Part shown: in pieces, positions 16,522-25,796 of the stretch
How the letters are laid out: each line of letters starts with the position of its first letter
Position numbering within the stretch: position 1 is the stretch's first letter
Source of the DNA: Candidatus Zixiibacteriota bacterium
GTDB taxonomy: Bacteria; Zixibacteria; MSB-5A5; CAIYYT01
Reading direction: 5' to 3'
Assembly: GCA_040235515.1 (NCBI GenBank)
Contig: JBECKX010000089.1
Location: forward strand, 1 to 25,848
Length of the DNA: 25,848 nucleotides
Made by a program: the position numbers and the translations under genes
Notes under the pieces: model-generated
What the model was told of the DNA's origin: nothing
The model's input: the letters and a program-made list of their open reading frames with translations, nothing else
The model's database searches: none

Positions 16522-18239
16522 CGTTCATCCTCGATCAGCGGTAACTCGATTGTGACCGTTGTGCCTCGACCCAACTCGCTATCGAGGGCAACGGATCCGC
16601 CGTGTGCTTCCACAATCAGTTTTACGTATGTCAACCCCAGACCGAACCCTTTTACGTTGTGAAGATTTCCGGAGGAGACGCGGTAGTACTTATCGAACAC
16701 GGAATGAACATCCTCCTTCGAGAGACCGATGCCCTTGTCGGAGATTGAGAGCCGAAACTTTCTGCTGCGCTGATCTGAGGAGAGCGATGTGGTAACGGTG
16801 ATTTCGGGCGCATCCTCCGAATACTTGAGCGCGTTGTCGAGCACGTTATTTATCACATTGGAGATGTGGGTTTCATCGGCTGCAACCCGGTCTCGCTGTG
16901 CGCCGAGGGCTACCTCCACCGAGCCGTGACGGGGTTCGACCTGGAGTCTGAAACTTGCCACGAGTTTGCTGATGATTTCATGGAGGTGCAGAGGCTTCAG
17001 GTTGAGTTCCGACTTACCCTCTTCCAGCACGGCCATTTGCAGAATCTTTTCGACCTGGCTGCGCATCCTCATGCTTTCATCCTTGATCATACTACCGTAG
17101 CGATCCACGCGTGCTTTGTCACCCGCCGTGTCGCCGCGCAGGAGTGCCTCACAGGCAAGCAACACCGTCGAAATCGGCGTTTTGAACTCGTGTGTCATGT
17201 TATTGATGAAGTCTACCAATCTTCCCGCGAAGCGCTGCTGAGTCACGATCACGCGAATCGTATAGGCAAAGCAGAAGGCTATCAGCGATACGAAGAGGAT
17301 CGTGAGCGCCAGCAATGGGCCGAGCTGTTTCCAGATATACACCTGCCGATCGGGGAAGTAGACGCGCAGATCATTCCGGGCGGCGAAAAGATCGCTGGGG
17401 AAGAGGCGCGTGGTAAATTTGCTGTCTCGCAGTTGCGAGACAAACGCCGCATTGCTGACCAATTGCAACGAGTCCTCACCTTCAGTGGTCACGGCATACT
17501 CGGCGTTGATGTCGATGCCGGAGTGGGAAAAACTCTCATCCAGCAGAGAATCGAGATTGATCCGGGAGAGCCGTTGTTCGATCGGTTCGAATTCGCCGAC
17601 CACCCAGTTCGTGACGAGCCGCTGGGCCAGTAGCCCTTTGGGACTGCTCGAAATCCAGCTCTGGAGATGCGGGAGGTTGTCATCGGCGGAGAACGCATAG
17701 ACCGTCGACATGGAGTCGCTCTGAAAGGTGAAGTACGGCATCAGCCCCATAGTCGGCGTATCCTTGATATCGATTTCATGCGTCCCGGCGGTTCGCACCG
17801 TGTCAACCAGAACCTGCTCCTTACCCGATACCGGGTCGAGCATTCTGATCGTCACATGCTGAGGGTGGGAGAGAGAGAAGCAGAGCTTTTGATCATCGAT
17901 GAAGATGGGGGAGTGAGTCGTATCGAGGTGATCAAGCACCAAAGCAACAGCCCGCAGACTATCTTTTTGCGGCAGGTTACCACGTTTGACGATGCTCTCA
18001 TGTTCGAAGCGCCGCTCCCCTTCGGCGATAACATCAAGGGTATAGGTTGCGGCTTCCGTCGCCTCCAGCTTTCTGGTCACCGAGCTGAGGGCAGCCCAGA
18101 CGTTGCGCTGGAAGGCCTGGTCGCGCTGCTCGTAGGCATTCTTGAGCAGATAACCCTGCAGGACCGACAGTCCGGTGAGCGCCGTGACAATCAGCACAGC
18201 AACGATAATTATGGCGCGTCTGGAACGGTTCATCGTCAT
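16518..18239 (-). CDS. Membrane sensor histidine kinase
   Basis: Two TM helices flanking a large periplasmic region; H-box NMTHEFKTP, N-box DNALKYS, DKGIG, GFGLGL. Start uncertain (18233, 18239 or 18242). Confidence 0.95.
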   Translation of the reverse strand: MTMNRSRRAIIIVAVLIVTALTGLSVLQGYLLKNAYEQRDQAFQRNVWAALSSVTRKLEATEAATYTLDVIAEGERRFEHESIVKRGNLPQKDSLRAVALVLDHLDTTHSPIFIDDQKLCFSLSHPQHVTIRMLDPVSGKEQVLVDTVRTAGTHEIDIKDTPTMGLMPYFTFQSDSMSTVYAFSADDNLPHLQSWISSSPKGLLAQRLVTNWVVGEFEPIEQRLSRINLDSLLDESFSHSGIDINAEYAVTTEGEDSLQLVSNAAFVSQLRDSKFTTRLFPSDLFAARNDLRVYFPDRQVYIWKQLGPLLALTILFVSLIAFCFAYTIRVIVTQQRFAGRLVDFINNMTHEFKTPISTVLLACEALLRGDTAGDKARVDRYGSMIKDESMRMRSQVEKILQMAVLEEGKSELNLKPLHLHEIISKLVASFRLQVEPRHGSVEVALGAQRDRVAADETHISNVINNVLDNALKYSEDAPEITVTTSLSSDQRSRKFRLSISDKGIGLSKEDVHSVFDKYYRVSSGNLHNVKGFGLGLTYVKLIVEAHGGSVALDSELGRGTTVTIELPLIEDER

Positions 18240-18270
18240 CAATATACGTCACTTCGGTAGTTCAAAACCA

Positions 18271-18310
18271 CTACTTAACAGTCATTAACAAACCATAACA
18301 GCTATTAACT
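18271..18310. promoter_or_regulatory. Four tandem 10-bp direct repeats, likely OmpR-family binding boxes
   Basis: CTACTTAACA GTCATTAACA AACCATAACA GCTATTAACT, exact 10-bp period, in the divergent intergenic region. Confidence 0.75.
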
Positions 18311-18440
18311 GGGGGGAAAGCAACCCGCCATCTATAGTTACCGTACGAGAACCCACAAGTGCCACGAGTGGGCGAGTGACCCGGTTGTGCATAGAAATGT
18401 GGCTTGAACACAAATCCTGAATCTTGCAGAGGTGCCGAAA

Positions 18441-19259
18441 ATGAAAACGCTGGTAACATCAATCCTGCTGGCCATCGGGCTGGCGGTGGTCGTCTCCCTG
18501 ATTACCGATTCGCTTCTTGCGGCGGAATGGAAAACCCAAACCAAGACACTCAATGCCGGCGAGGTTTTCATCCTGCCGGAACTTGGATCTGTCATCCTGT
18601 CCAAAGACGACGCACTGGTAGTGGACCTGTCGGGACATCCGGAGAAGCTGCCGAAAGTATATCGTGATGTTGATCTGCGCGAGGGGGACAAGATCATCAT
18701 GCTCAACGGCTCGCGGGTGAAAACGATCAAGGAGCTTGAGAATGGTTACGCCGTCATCACCCCGAACGAGACGGTAAAAATCGGGATCAGCCGGGACGGT
18801 CAAATGATGATGGTCTCATTCCCGAAGGGTGATCCTGATAAGCTGCCGGTTCGCAGAATGATCGTTGCCAATCAGGGCGAGGGGGGCGAAGTCTCGGTGC
18901 TGGGTGGCGGTTCGGACAAGATGCTGGAGCTCGACGCCTCCGATGCAGCGGTGATTGCGGACGCGGGGCTGATCGTGGCGTTGATCGAAGAGAAACTGAC
19001 CATCAGCTCAATCCTTCCAAATGCCAACGAGATCAAGGGTCTTGAAGACGTGCAGGTCGGGGATGTCGTCGACAAGGTCAACGGTGTGCATTTCCTCACC
19101 ACACAGGATCTGGCGGACTTCTGGAATGAAATCAAGGTTGGCGAAGAAGTGAGCCTTACTCTGCTGCGTGACGGCGCGAGCCACACGGCCAAGTTCCAGA
19201 AGCAGGAGGTTCAGAACGAGATGCCGATGATCATTCGCTCGAAAGCGAAGAACGACTGA
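18441..19259 (+). CDS. Exported protein with two PDZ-like domains
   Basis: Signal peptide; LREGDKIIMLNG and VQVGDVVDKVNG...VSLTLLRDG PDZ signatures; no protease domain seen. GAGGT RBS before ATG 18441. Confidence 0.8.
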   Translation: MKTLVTSILLAIGLAVVVSLITDSLLAAEWKTQTKTLNAGEVFILPELGSVILSKDDALVVDLSGHPEKLPKVYRDVDLREGDKIIMLNGSRVKTIKELENGYAVITPNETVKIGISRDGQMMMVSFPKGDPDKLPVRRMIVANQGEGGEVSVLGGGSDKMLELDASDAAVIADAGLIVALIEEKLTISSILPNANEIKGLEDVQVGDVVDKVNGVHFLTTQDLADFWNEIKVGEEVSLTLLRDGASHTAKFQKQEVQNEMPMIIRSKAKND

Positions 19260-19300
19260 TTCACTGTAGCTTTGTCACCCGATTCAGGAGCTGATGATCA

Positions 19301-20836
19301 ATGCGCGCTTTCCCTTCAATAAACCTGCACTCAGGCCGAATCGGCATTCGTGAAGCGGTTCTGCTCGTCGTAACCCTGATGATCGCCTGGAACGCGGCGC
19401 TCGCACAGCTCGGGTCGCCGTTTAACGAGCGCGATGACAAGTATCGCATACTCGGTCTGAAACGTGCGAAGGAAGCGTATGACGTAGCCAAGAGCGACTA
19501 TGCACGTCAGCAGGAGTTGCACCGCAAGGGACTGATCACCGATGTGGAACTGGAACGGGCGCGCAGTGTATTCGCGGACGCCGAAGTCAACTACCAGCAG
19601 TCGTTGCTGGCAGTGTTATTCGAACAGCAGTATATCACGGTCAAGAGCGCGGTGAAATCATATGCCGAGGATGGTTCGAGGCACGTCAAGCTGACCGTTG
19701 CCAACACCAGCCAGGGGGGTGCGGAGTATGAGCAATTGCTGGATGCGGGTGATGAATTGTTGCGTGCGCTTCACCCCGATGTCATACACAATGTCTACGT
19801 TTCCCTGCTGAATGAATCGGGGGAGATCATCAGCCAGCCGTACGAGGCCAAGATCCAACAGCTCCGTTATGGCGAACCGCAGACAATCGACTTCACCCTG
19901 CTGCAGGATCTCGATGCCGTGACGGTGTTTATCGTCTATGCCAACGGTAGCACGCGCAGTATGAGTATCTACCTCCAGAAGGATGCTTCCCGCAACCGTG
20001 TCGCGATGCAGTCGGAGCAGTTCTCGCAGGAGGTAGAACTCGGAAAGTCTGCGAGCTACGACCTGACACTGGAACTCTTCAGTGGGGATGCCAACCAGTT
20101 TGCCCTCGATGTTGTCGGGTTGCCACGACAGATAAGCCGCTATTTCAAGGACTCCGGCAGCCAGGCCCGGCTGAGTCAGGTCAAGTTTACCGAATCGATA
20201 AACACCAAGAAGGCGACGTTGGAGATCACGCTCCCCGATCGGGCCAGCGACGATGTTCGCACCGATCAACCGATTTCGTTCTTCGCGATCGTGTATCCCC
20301 GGAGCGCGGCGGAAGTCGTCGAGCGGCTCAATACAGATTCCCTGACCGAGAAAGCCCTTCAGGCTGCTGATATCGGCTATGTCCGCCTCGAGCTGGTTCC
20401 GCGCGGCAAGGGTGAATTGCGTGTCCGCGCCCCCCAACTCTATCACGCGATCGATGATGACGAAACTGTGGAGATGTATGTGGACCTGGTCAACGAGGGG
20501 AGTCACCGCATCGACAATCTCGAGATCAAGGCTGATATGCCGCTTGGCTGGACACGCGAGATCGACCCGGAAGTCGTGGACCAGCTCAACGTAGGCGGGG
20601 AGCACAGGATCAACCTGCGTTTCACGCCGACTGAGGATGTTGCGGTCGGAAAATACGAAGTGCGCCTGCGCACCAGCGGGATCAGTGATGGTCAGCCGGT
20701 GCTGGGCGAGGACAAGACGATCACGGTTGAGGTGCTGCAGCGAGCGAATCTCTTCGGCACGCTTGCGCTGGTGATCTTCATCCTCGGCATCGTCGGAGGC
20801 ATAGTGGTGTTCGGTGTTAAGATGTCACGTCGGTAA
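19301..20836 (+). CDS. C-terminally membrane-anchored exported protein: alpha-helical hairpin + Ig-like / NPCBM-associated NEW3 (COG1470-like) domains
   Basis: Signal peptide; AKSDYARQQELHRKGLITDVELERAR hairpin; LVNEGS...MPLGW...PTEDVAVGKYEVRL NEW3-like domain; C-terminal TM followed by KMSRR. Confidence 0.75.
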   Translation: MRAFPSINLHSGRIGIREAVLLVVTLMIAWNAALAQLGSPFNERDDKYRILGLKRAKEAYDVAKSDYARQQELHRKGLITDVELERARSVFADAEVNYQQSLLAVLFEQQYITVKSAVKSYAEDGSRHVKLTVANTSQGGAEYEQLLDAGDELLRALHPDVIHNVYVSLLNESGEIISQPYEAKIQQLRYGEPQTIDFTLLQDLDAVTVFIVYANGSTRSMSIYLQKDASRNRVAMQSEQFSQEVELGKSASYDLTLELFSGDANQFALDVVGLPRQISRYFKDSGSQARLSQVKFTESINTKKATLEITLPDRASDDVRTDQPISFFAIVYPRSAAEVVERLNTDSLTEKALQAADIGYVRLELVPRGKGELRVRAPQLYHAIDDDETVEMYVDLVNEGSHRIDNLEIKADMPLGWTREIDPEVVDQLNVGGEHRINLRFTPTEDVAVGKYEVRLRTSGISDGQPVLGEDKTITVEVLQRANLFGTLALVIFILGIVGGIVVFGVKMSRR

Positions 20837-20892
20837 ACCGGGAGATGATGCAGTGAAAATTCGTTTGATCAATGAAGACAGGAGCCACGGAG

Positions 20893-21663
20893 ATGAATGA
20901 GAGCAATGCTGCGGGTTCGCGTCCGATCCTGGAAGCGGATGCACTTACCAAACGGTATGAAGATGGATTGCTGGCCCTCGATGCGGTGTCGTTCACGGTG
21001 TCGGAGGCACAGGTCTTCGCCATGCTGGGCGGCAACGGCGCCGGAAAGACGACGACGATCAATCTATTCCTCAACCTGATTGAGCCAACTTCCGGCGAAG
21101 CACGCATCAATGGCATCGTGACCCACAAAGAGCCATTGGAGGCGAAAAAGCATGTCGCCTTTGTTTCTGAGAACGTGATGCTTTACGGCAACTTCACGGC
21201 AATCCAGAACCTCGACTTCTTTGCCCGCCTCGGCGGGAAGACCGGGTATACTCGGGATGATTATCACGCCGTCCTGAATCGGGTGGGGCTTGATGAGAAG
21301 TTTCACAACAAGCCGTTGAGGGGATTCTCGAAGGGGATGCGGCAGAAGTGTGGTATCGCGATTGCGATATTGAAGGACTCCCCTGCAATCCTGCTCGATG
21401 AGCCAACATCGGGTCTCGATCCGAAGGCAGGCCACGAGTTCATTCATCTACTGGCGTCATTGCGTGAAGAGGGGAAGGCTATTCTGATGTCGACGCACGA
21501 CATATTCCGCGCGCGTGAACTGGCGGACGTGATCGGCATCATGAATGGCGGCAAGCTGTTGATGCAGAAGACCGCAGCCGAGTTGGAGGGTTACGACCTG
21601 GAGAGCCTCTACATGGATTACATGGCTGGGGAGTATGCGGCCACATCACGAGTCGGGGGCTAG
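20893..21663 (+). CDS. ABC-2 type transporter ATP-binding protein
   Basis: Walker A GGNGAGKTT, signature FSKGMRQ, Walker B ILLDEP, H-loop STH. Alternative start 20872. Confidence 0.95.
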   Translation: MNESNAAGSRPILEADALTKRYEDGLLALDAVSFTVSEAQVFAMLGGNGAGKTTTINLFLNLIEPTSGEARINGIVTHKEPLEAKKHVAFVSENVMLYGNFTAIQNLDFFARLGGKTGYTRDDYHAVLNRVGLDEKFHNKPLRGFSKGMRQKCGIAIAILKDSPAILLDEPTSGLDPKAGHEFIHLLASLREEGKAILMSTHDIFRARELADVIGIMNGGKLLMQKTAAELEGYDLESLYMDYMAGEYAATSRVGG

Positions 21664-21666
21664 TCT

Positions 21667-23085
21667 ATGCTCTTTACACTTGTCGAAAAAGAAGCACGCG
21701 ACCTGATTGGCTCGACTAAGTTTGTCGTACTGCTGGCGGTTGTAGTGCTGCTGGTGCTGGCATCCTTCTACGTGGGCGCGGAATCATACAAACTCAACCT
21801 CGCGCAATACAAAGCTGCAAAGGCGGAGAACCTCAGGCAGTTCGAGGGGCTCACCGACTGGATGCGTGTCCGGCAACATCGCGTCTTTCTCGATCCGCAA
21901 CCCCTCTGGTCACTGGTGAGCGGGGTGAGCAACGACCTGGGCCGCACCACCGAGATTCAGGGTCGCGGCGAGTTGACCGCGTACGACAGCAAGTTCAACG
22001 AGGATCCGATATTCGCCGTCTTCCGGTTTCTCGACCTTGAGTTTCTCTTCCAGATTGTCCTGTCGCTTTTTGCCGTGCTGCTCGGATATGACGCCATCTG
22101 CGGGGAGAAGGAGCGGGGCACATTACGACTGACTTTCGCCAACTCGGTATCGCGTGTCAAATTCTTACTCGGAAAGCTGCTGGGGGGTGTCGTGGCGATG
22201 GCGGTGCCATTATTGCTGGCGCTGGCATTGGGTGTGCTGTTGCTCCCCCTCATGGGTGTGCCGCTCTCCTCCTCCGATTGGATTCGCCTTGCGTTGATAA
22301 TCTTCTCCGGCATGCTCTACTTCGGAGCCTTCCTCACGATCTCCCTGTTTGTCTCCAGCCTGACGCATAAGAGCGCTAATGCGTTCCTGGTGTTGCTGGC
22401 TATCTGGGTGGTCTCTGTTCTGATTATACCTCGCGCGGCGGTGACCCTGGCGGGTCGCGCGGTTGATGTGCCCTCGGTCGATGAACTGGCGATGAAGAAA
22501 GGCGCGTATCGTTCGCAGTTGTTTCAGGAGGACAGGAAGAACTGGTCCAACTTCAAGCCATCCGGCTCGAAGGAACCGGACGTGATGATGAAGGAACTCA
22601 ACGATTTCATGAACCAGCAAGCCGAGGAACGCGAGAACAAGCTGAAGGAGTTTTCCGGACGGCTTAACGAACAGCGCCTCAACGCGCAGCGCGAGCAGGA
22701 GAACCTGGCGATATCGCTGGCGCGGATATCACCGGCCGCGAACTTCACGCTGGCCGCCACCGAGCTTGCCGGCTCCTCCCCGGAGTTGAAGTCCAGTTAT
22801 CAGGATGATGTTGCCAACTACCAGAAGGTGTATGGCGAGTTCATGCTGGAAAAAACCGGGATGAATCCGGGTGGTGGAATGATGTTCGTGACAATGAAAT
22901 CCGGGGAGGATGGCGAGGAGCCGGAACCGATTGATCCGCACGAGTTACCCGAGTTTCATTCCACTCCGGTTGCGACGGCCGGTGCCGTATCCGCGGCGAT
23001 GCCGAGTATCGCGATCCTGGTGCTGTATAACCTGCTTGCTCTCGCTGGCGCGTTTGTCGCGATCCAGCGATACGATCTGCGCTGA
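21667..23085 (+). CDS. ABC-2 type permease with large extracytoplasmic domains (paralog 1)
   Basis: Multiple TM helices; YDAICGEKERGTLRLTFANSVSR motif; terminal RYDLR. Confidence 0.9.
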   Translation: MLFTLVEKEARDLIGSTKFVVLLAVVVLLVLASFYVGAESYKLNLAQYKAAKAENLRQFEGLTDWMRVRQHRVFLDPQPLWSLVSGVSNDLGRTTEIQGRGELTAYDSKFNEDPIFAVFRFLDLEFLFQIVLSLFAVLLGYDAICGEKERGTLRLTFANSVSRVKFLLGKLLGGVVAMAVPLLLALALGVLLLPLMGVPLSSSDWIRLALIIFSGMLYFGAFLTISLFVSSLTHKSANAFLVLLAIWVVSVLIIPRAAVTLAGRAVDVPSVDELAMKKGAYRSQLFQEDRKNWSNFKPSGSKEPDVMMKELNDFMNQQAEERENKLKEFSGRLNEQRLNAQREQENLAISLARISPAANFTLAATELAGSSPELKSSYQDDVANYQKVYGEFMLEKTGMNPGGGMMFVTMKSGEDGEEPEPIDPHELPEFHSTPVATAGAVSAAMPSIAILVLYNLLALAGAFVAIQRYDLR

Positions 23086-23096
23086 GAGGTGACCCA

Positions 23097-24545
23097 ATGC
23101 TAAGACTATTGATCTTGAAGGATATCAGGGAGATGCTGCGTTCTCCCAAGTTCATAGCCACCTTCGCAATCTGTTCGATCCTGATATTGCTGAGTATCTA
23201 CATCGGAATCAGCGAGTACTTCGCCGGTGTCGATCAGTACCGGGCAGCAACGGAGCTTGCGGACCAGCGCGCGCGCGAGGCGACCTCGTGGCGGGCCCTC
23301 TGGTACAAAGCCTACCGTCAACCTGATCCGATGATGGTATTCGTGTCGGGGCTCAACTATGATGTCGGGCGCTGGTCGGCGATTACGCAGGACGAGCTAC
23401 CGCGTCTGCGGAACAGCGTCTACCTGGAGGATCCGATTTTCGCGATTTTCCGCTTCGTCGACTTCGCATTCATCGTCCAGGTCGTTCTGACTCTGTTCGC
23501 GCTGGTGTTTACCTACAATGCGATCAACGGCGAGCGCGAACAGGGAACGCTGCGGCTGGTGTTTTCGAACTCGGTCCCGCGGGCAAAATATATCATCGGC
23601 AAGATCTGTGGATCGTGGCTGGCGCTGGTGATCCCCCTCTCGATTCCGGTTCTGCTGGGAGTCTTGATGGTCGTCGTGCTGCGAGTACCCTTCTCGGCAA
23701 ACGACTGGGCACGGTTTGTCGTGCTGATCGGCATATCGCTGCTGCTCTTCACGTTCTTCCTCGTGCTGGGCGTGCTGGTGTCTACCTTGACGCGCAGGTC
23801 ATCGGTGTCGTTCCTTCTCTCGCTCGTCATCTGGCTCGTTGTGGTGTTGATCATCCCGCGCAGTGGGGTTGTCGCTGCGGGGCAGGCGATCGATGTCCCC
23901 AGTGTCGCCGAGGTTGAAGGCCAGCAGGAGGCGTACGCCAAGCAACGCTGGGAGGAGCACTGGAATGCGCAGGAGAAAATCTGGACCGAGCGCAACGAGG
24001 GACGCGATCCGGAAGAGGGGATCGACGACGACCAGTTGTGGCAGTATATGGAAGAGGATGAAGCCAGGCGCAAGGAGGTGGAGGCCGACATCACCGCATA
24101 CGAGCAACGCCTCTACGAAGACCTGCGGCGGCGTAAATCGGAGCAGGAACGCCTCGGTCTCTCCCTGGCGCGTGTCTCGCCGGTGGCGACCTACCAGCTG
24201 GCGGCGATGGATCTCTCCGGTACTGATATCGAGCTTAAGGCTCGTTATGAGGACGCGATGCAGCGCTACCGCGGCGAGTTTGTCGATTTCGTGGACTCCA
24301 AGTCTGCTTCCGAGGGCGCTGGCGGGATGTTCACGATCAGTCTCGATACGGAGACAGGTTTGAAAATCGGTGGCTCGAACGATGACGGCATCGACATCAG
24401 CGAGTTGCCCCATTTTACACCTCCGGCGCAGCAGTTCGATACCGTGCTGGCCGGTGTGCTACCGGATGCCGGTCTGCTTGTGCTTTACTCGATCGCTGCA
24501 TTCGCGGCAACACTGCTGGTGTTCCGCAGATCAGATTTGCGCTAG
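23097..24545 (+). CDS. ABC-2 type permease with large extracytoplasmic domains (paralog 2)
   Basis: YNAINGEREQGTLRLVFSNSVPR motif; same architecture as the previous gene; terminal RSDLR. Confidence 0.9.
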   Translation: MLRLLILKDIREMLRSPKFIATFAICSILILLSIYIGISEYFAGVDQYRAATELADQRAREATSWRALWYKAYRQPDPMMVFVSGLNYDVGRWSAITQDELPRLRNSVYLEDPIFAIFRFVDFAFIVQVVLTLFALVFTYNAINGEREQGTLRLVFSNSVPRAKYIIGKICGSWLALVIPLSIPVLLGVLMVVVLRVPFSANDWARFVVLIGISLLLFTFFLVLGVLVSTLTRRSSVSFLLSLVIWLVVVLIIPRSGVVAAGQAIDVPSVAEVEGQQEAYAKQRWEEHWNAQEKIWTERNEGRDPEEGIDDDQLWQYMEEDEARRKEVEADITAYEQRLYEDLRRRKSEQERLGLSLARVSPVATYQLAAMDLSGTDIELKARYEDAMQRYRGEFVDFVDSKSASEGAGGMFTISLDTETGLKIGGSNDDGIDISELPHFTPPAQQFDTVLAGVLPDAGLLVLYSIAAFAATLLVFRRSDLR

Positions 24546-24699
24546 CCGGACTGCATTCACCACGGCAGATGCTATCAGCAGCCTGCTGACGAGGGTTGCA
24601 GCCGGGTTTGAAAATCTTACTATTCGTTACGGCGCGACTTTGCTGTCAGAGAGCAGTCGCGCCTGATGCTGATAGCCAATTTCAACCCGGATGCCATAG

Positions 24700-25455
24700 A
24701 TGAAGTTTCCTGCCATCGCCGCGCACATCGTTCTCATCGTACTGCTCGGATTTTCGATTTCACTCGCCCAGGTCAATGTCGAGGACAAGCGCCTTTCGCG
24801 CGATGATTCCGGCTTGAGCGGCAGCATCAATCTCTCGCTTGAACTGCAGCGCGGTAACTCGGAGTTGACGAAGATCGGGGTCAAGCCGCGATTTGTTTAC
24901 CGCGCCGGTCCGAGCCAGTGGTTCATGCTCAATTCCTATTCCTTCGTCGACACGAAACAGGGGAGTATCGTCAATGAGGGATTCTCTCACCTGCGCTACA
25001 ACTACAGTGTGAGTAAACGGGTGATCATCGAAGCGCTAACGCAGGTGCAATACAACCGGGAACAGGACCTGCGCCAGCGCTTGCTTCTGGGTGCAGGTCT
25101 GCGTTTTCTGCTGGTTGACCGCGAGAACGCGAGCCTGGCGCTTGGAATCACAGGGATGTATGAATACGAAGAGCTGGTGACCGACGAAATTTTGCGAACT
25201 CCGCGCAACAGCGATTACGTCGCGGTGCGTTGGAAAGCGAACCAGATCGTGACCTTGAGCAATACAATCTATCTTCAACCGGCATTCGACGATCTTGGGG
25301 ATGTGAGGGTGCTCGACGATCTTGATGCTTCAATCGCGCTATCCTCCTGACTGGCGACCAGCATCTCGCTCGAGTACCGTTACGATGCGGAGCCGCCAAG
25401 CGATATCAGGCAATATGATCTGACCCTGAAGAATGGGCTCACCGTGAAGTTCTGA
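24700..25455 (+). pseudogene. DUF481-like outer-membrane beta-barrel interrupted by in-frame TGA (25348-25350)
   Basis: Signal peptide, GNSE motif, amphipathic strands. After the TGA the same frame continues LATSISLEYRYDAEPPSDIRQYDLTLKNGLTVKF to a stop at 25453-55, ending in the expected terminal Phe. Confidence 0.8.
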
Positions 25456-25680
25456 ACGTTCCTCAGGATGACTTGACGAGGCCGTGACGCTGGCGGAAGT
25501 TGGAACCGAGAGAGGAGCAGCGGCACTTGAGAAGGGGGAACGAATCAATGCCCAAACACTGAACCAGCGGGAAACGCGAACCCCGAAGAGCTATTGCCAG
25601 TAGCCAGTATGCGGATTAAGTTTTAAGCAGGAGCGGGATACTTTGTTTGAAGACGCACGGGGGGGTGTCCGAATTCCACG

Positions 25681-25710
25681 AAAAGAAAAACGCCCGTGGT
25701 GCACGGGCGT
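25681..25710 (-). terminator. Rho-independent terminator on the minus strand
   Basis: 9-bp stem ACGCCCGTG/CACGGGCGT (25690-98/25702-10) preceded on + by an A-rich tract, i.e. a U tract on minus. Confidence 0.8.
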
Positions 25711-25759
25711 GGGGTCCCCGTAGGGACTACCCTACGAGACGATTGCCTCTTACTATAGG

Positions 25760-25788
25760 TTGACAGACAATCGCCGCTCAAGTACATT
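25760..25788 (+). promoter_or_regulatory. sigma70 promoter (plus strand) pointing out of the window
   Basis: TTGACA (25760-65)-N17-TACATT (25783-88). Confidence 0.65.
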
Positions 25789-25796
25789 GAGCCTCA

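Larger units (their letters stand above)
25681..25792 (-). ncRNA. Candidate ~110-nt small RNA (three hairpins + terminator)
   Basis: Bounded by a sigma70 promoter and a terminator. Stems 25776-81/25787-92, 25740-45/25768-73 and 25719-25/25730-36; the latter two extend by G-U pairs only on the minus strand. Confidence 0.6.

Noticed and set aside
24586..24613. CTGACGA...GAAA hammerhead-like core
   Set aside because: Stem II would be only G-U pairs, and no correct stem I/III or UH cleavage site can be built.
11399..25455. Genome-wide TGA recoding (genetic code 4 or 25)
   Set aside because: Several genes end at TGA exactly where their family C-termini are expected, and Trp is encoded by TGG throughout.
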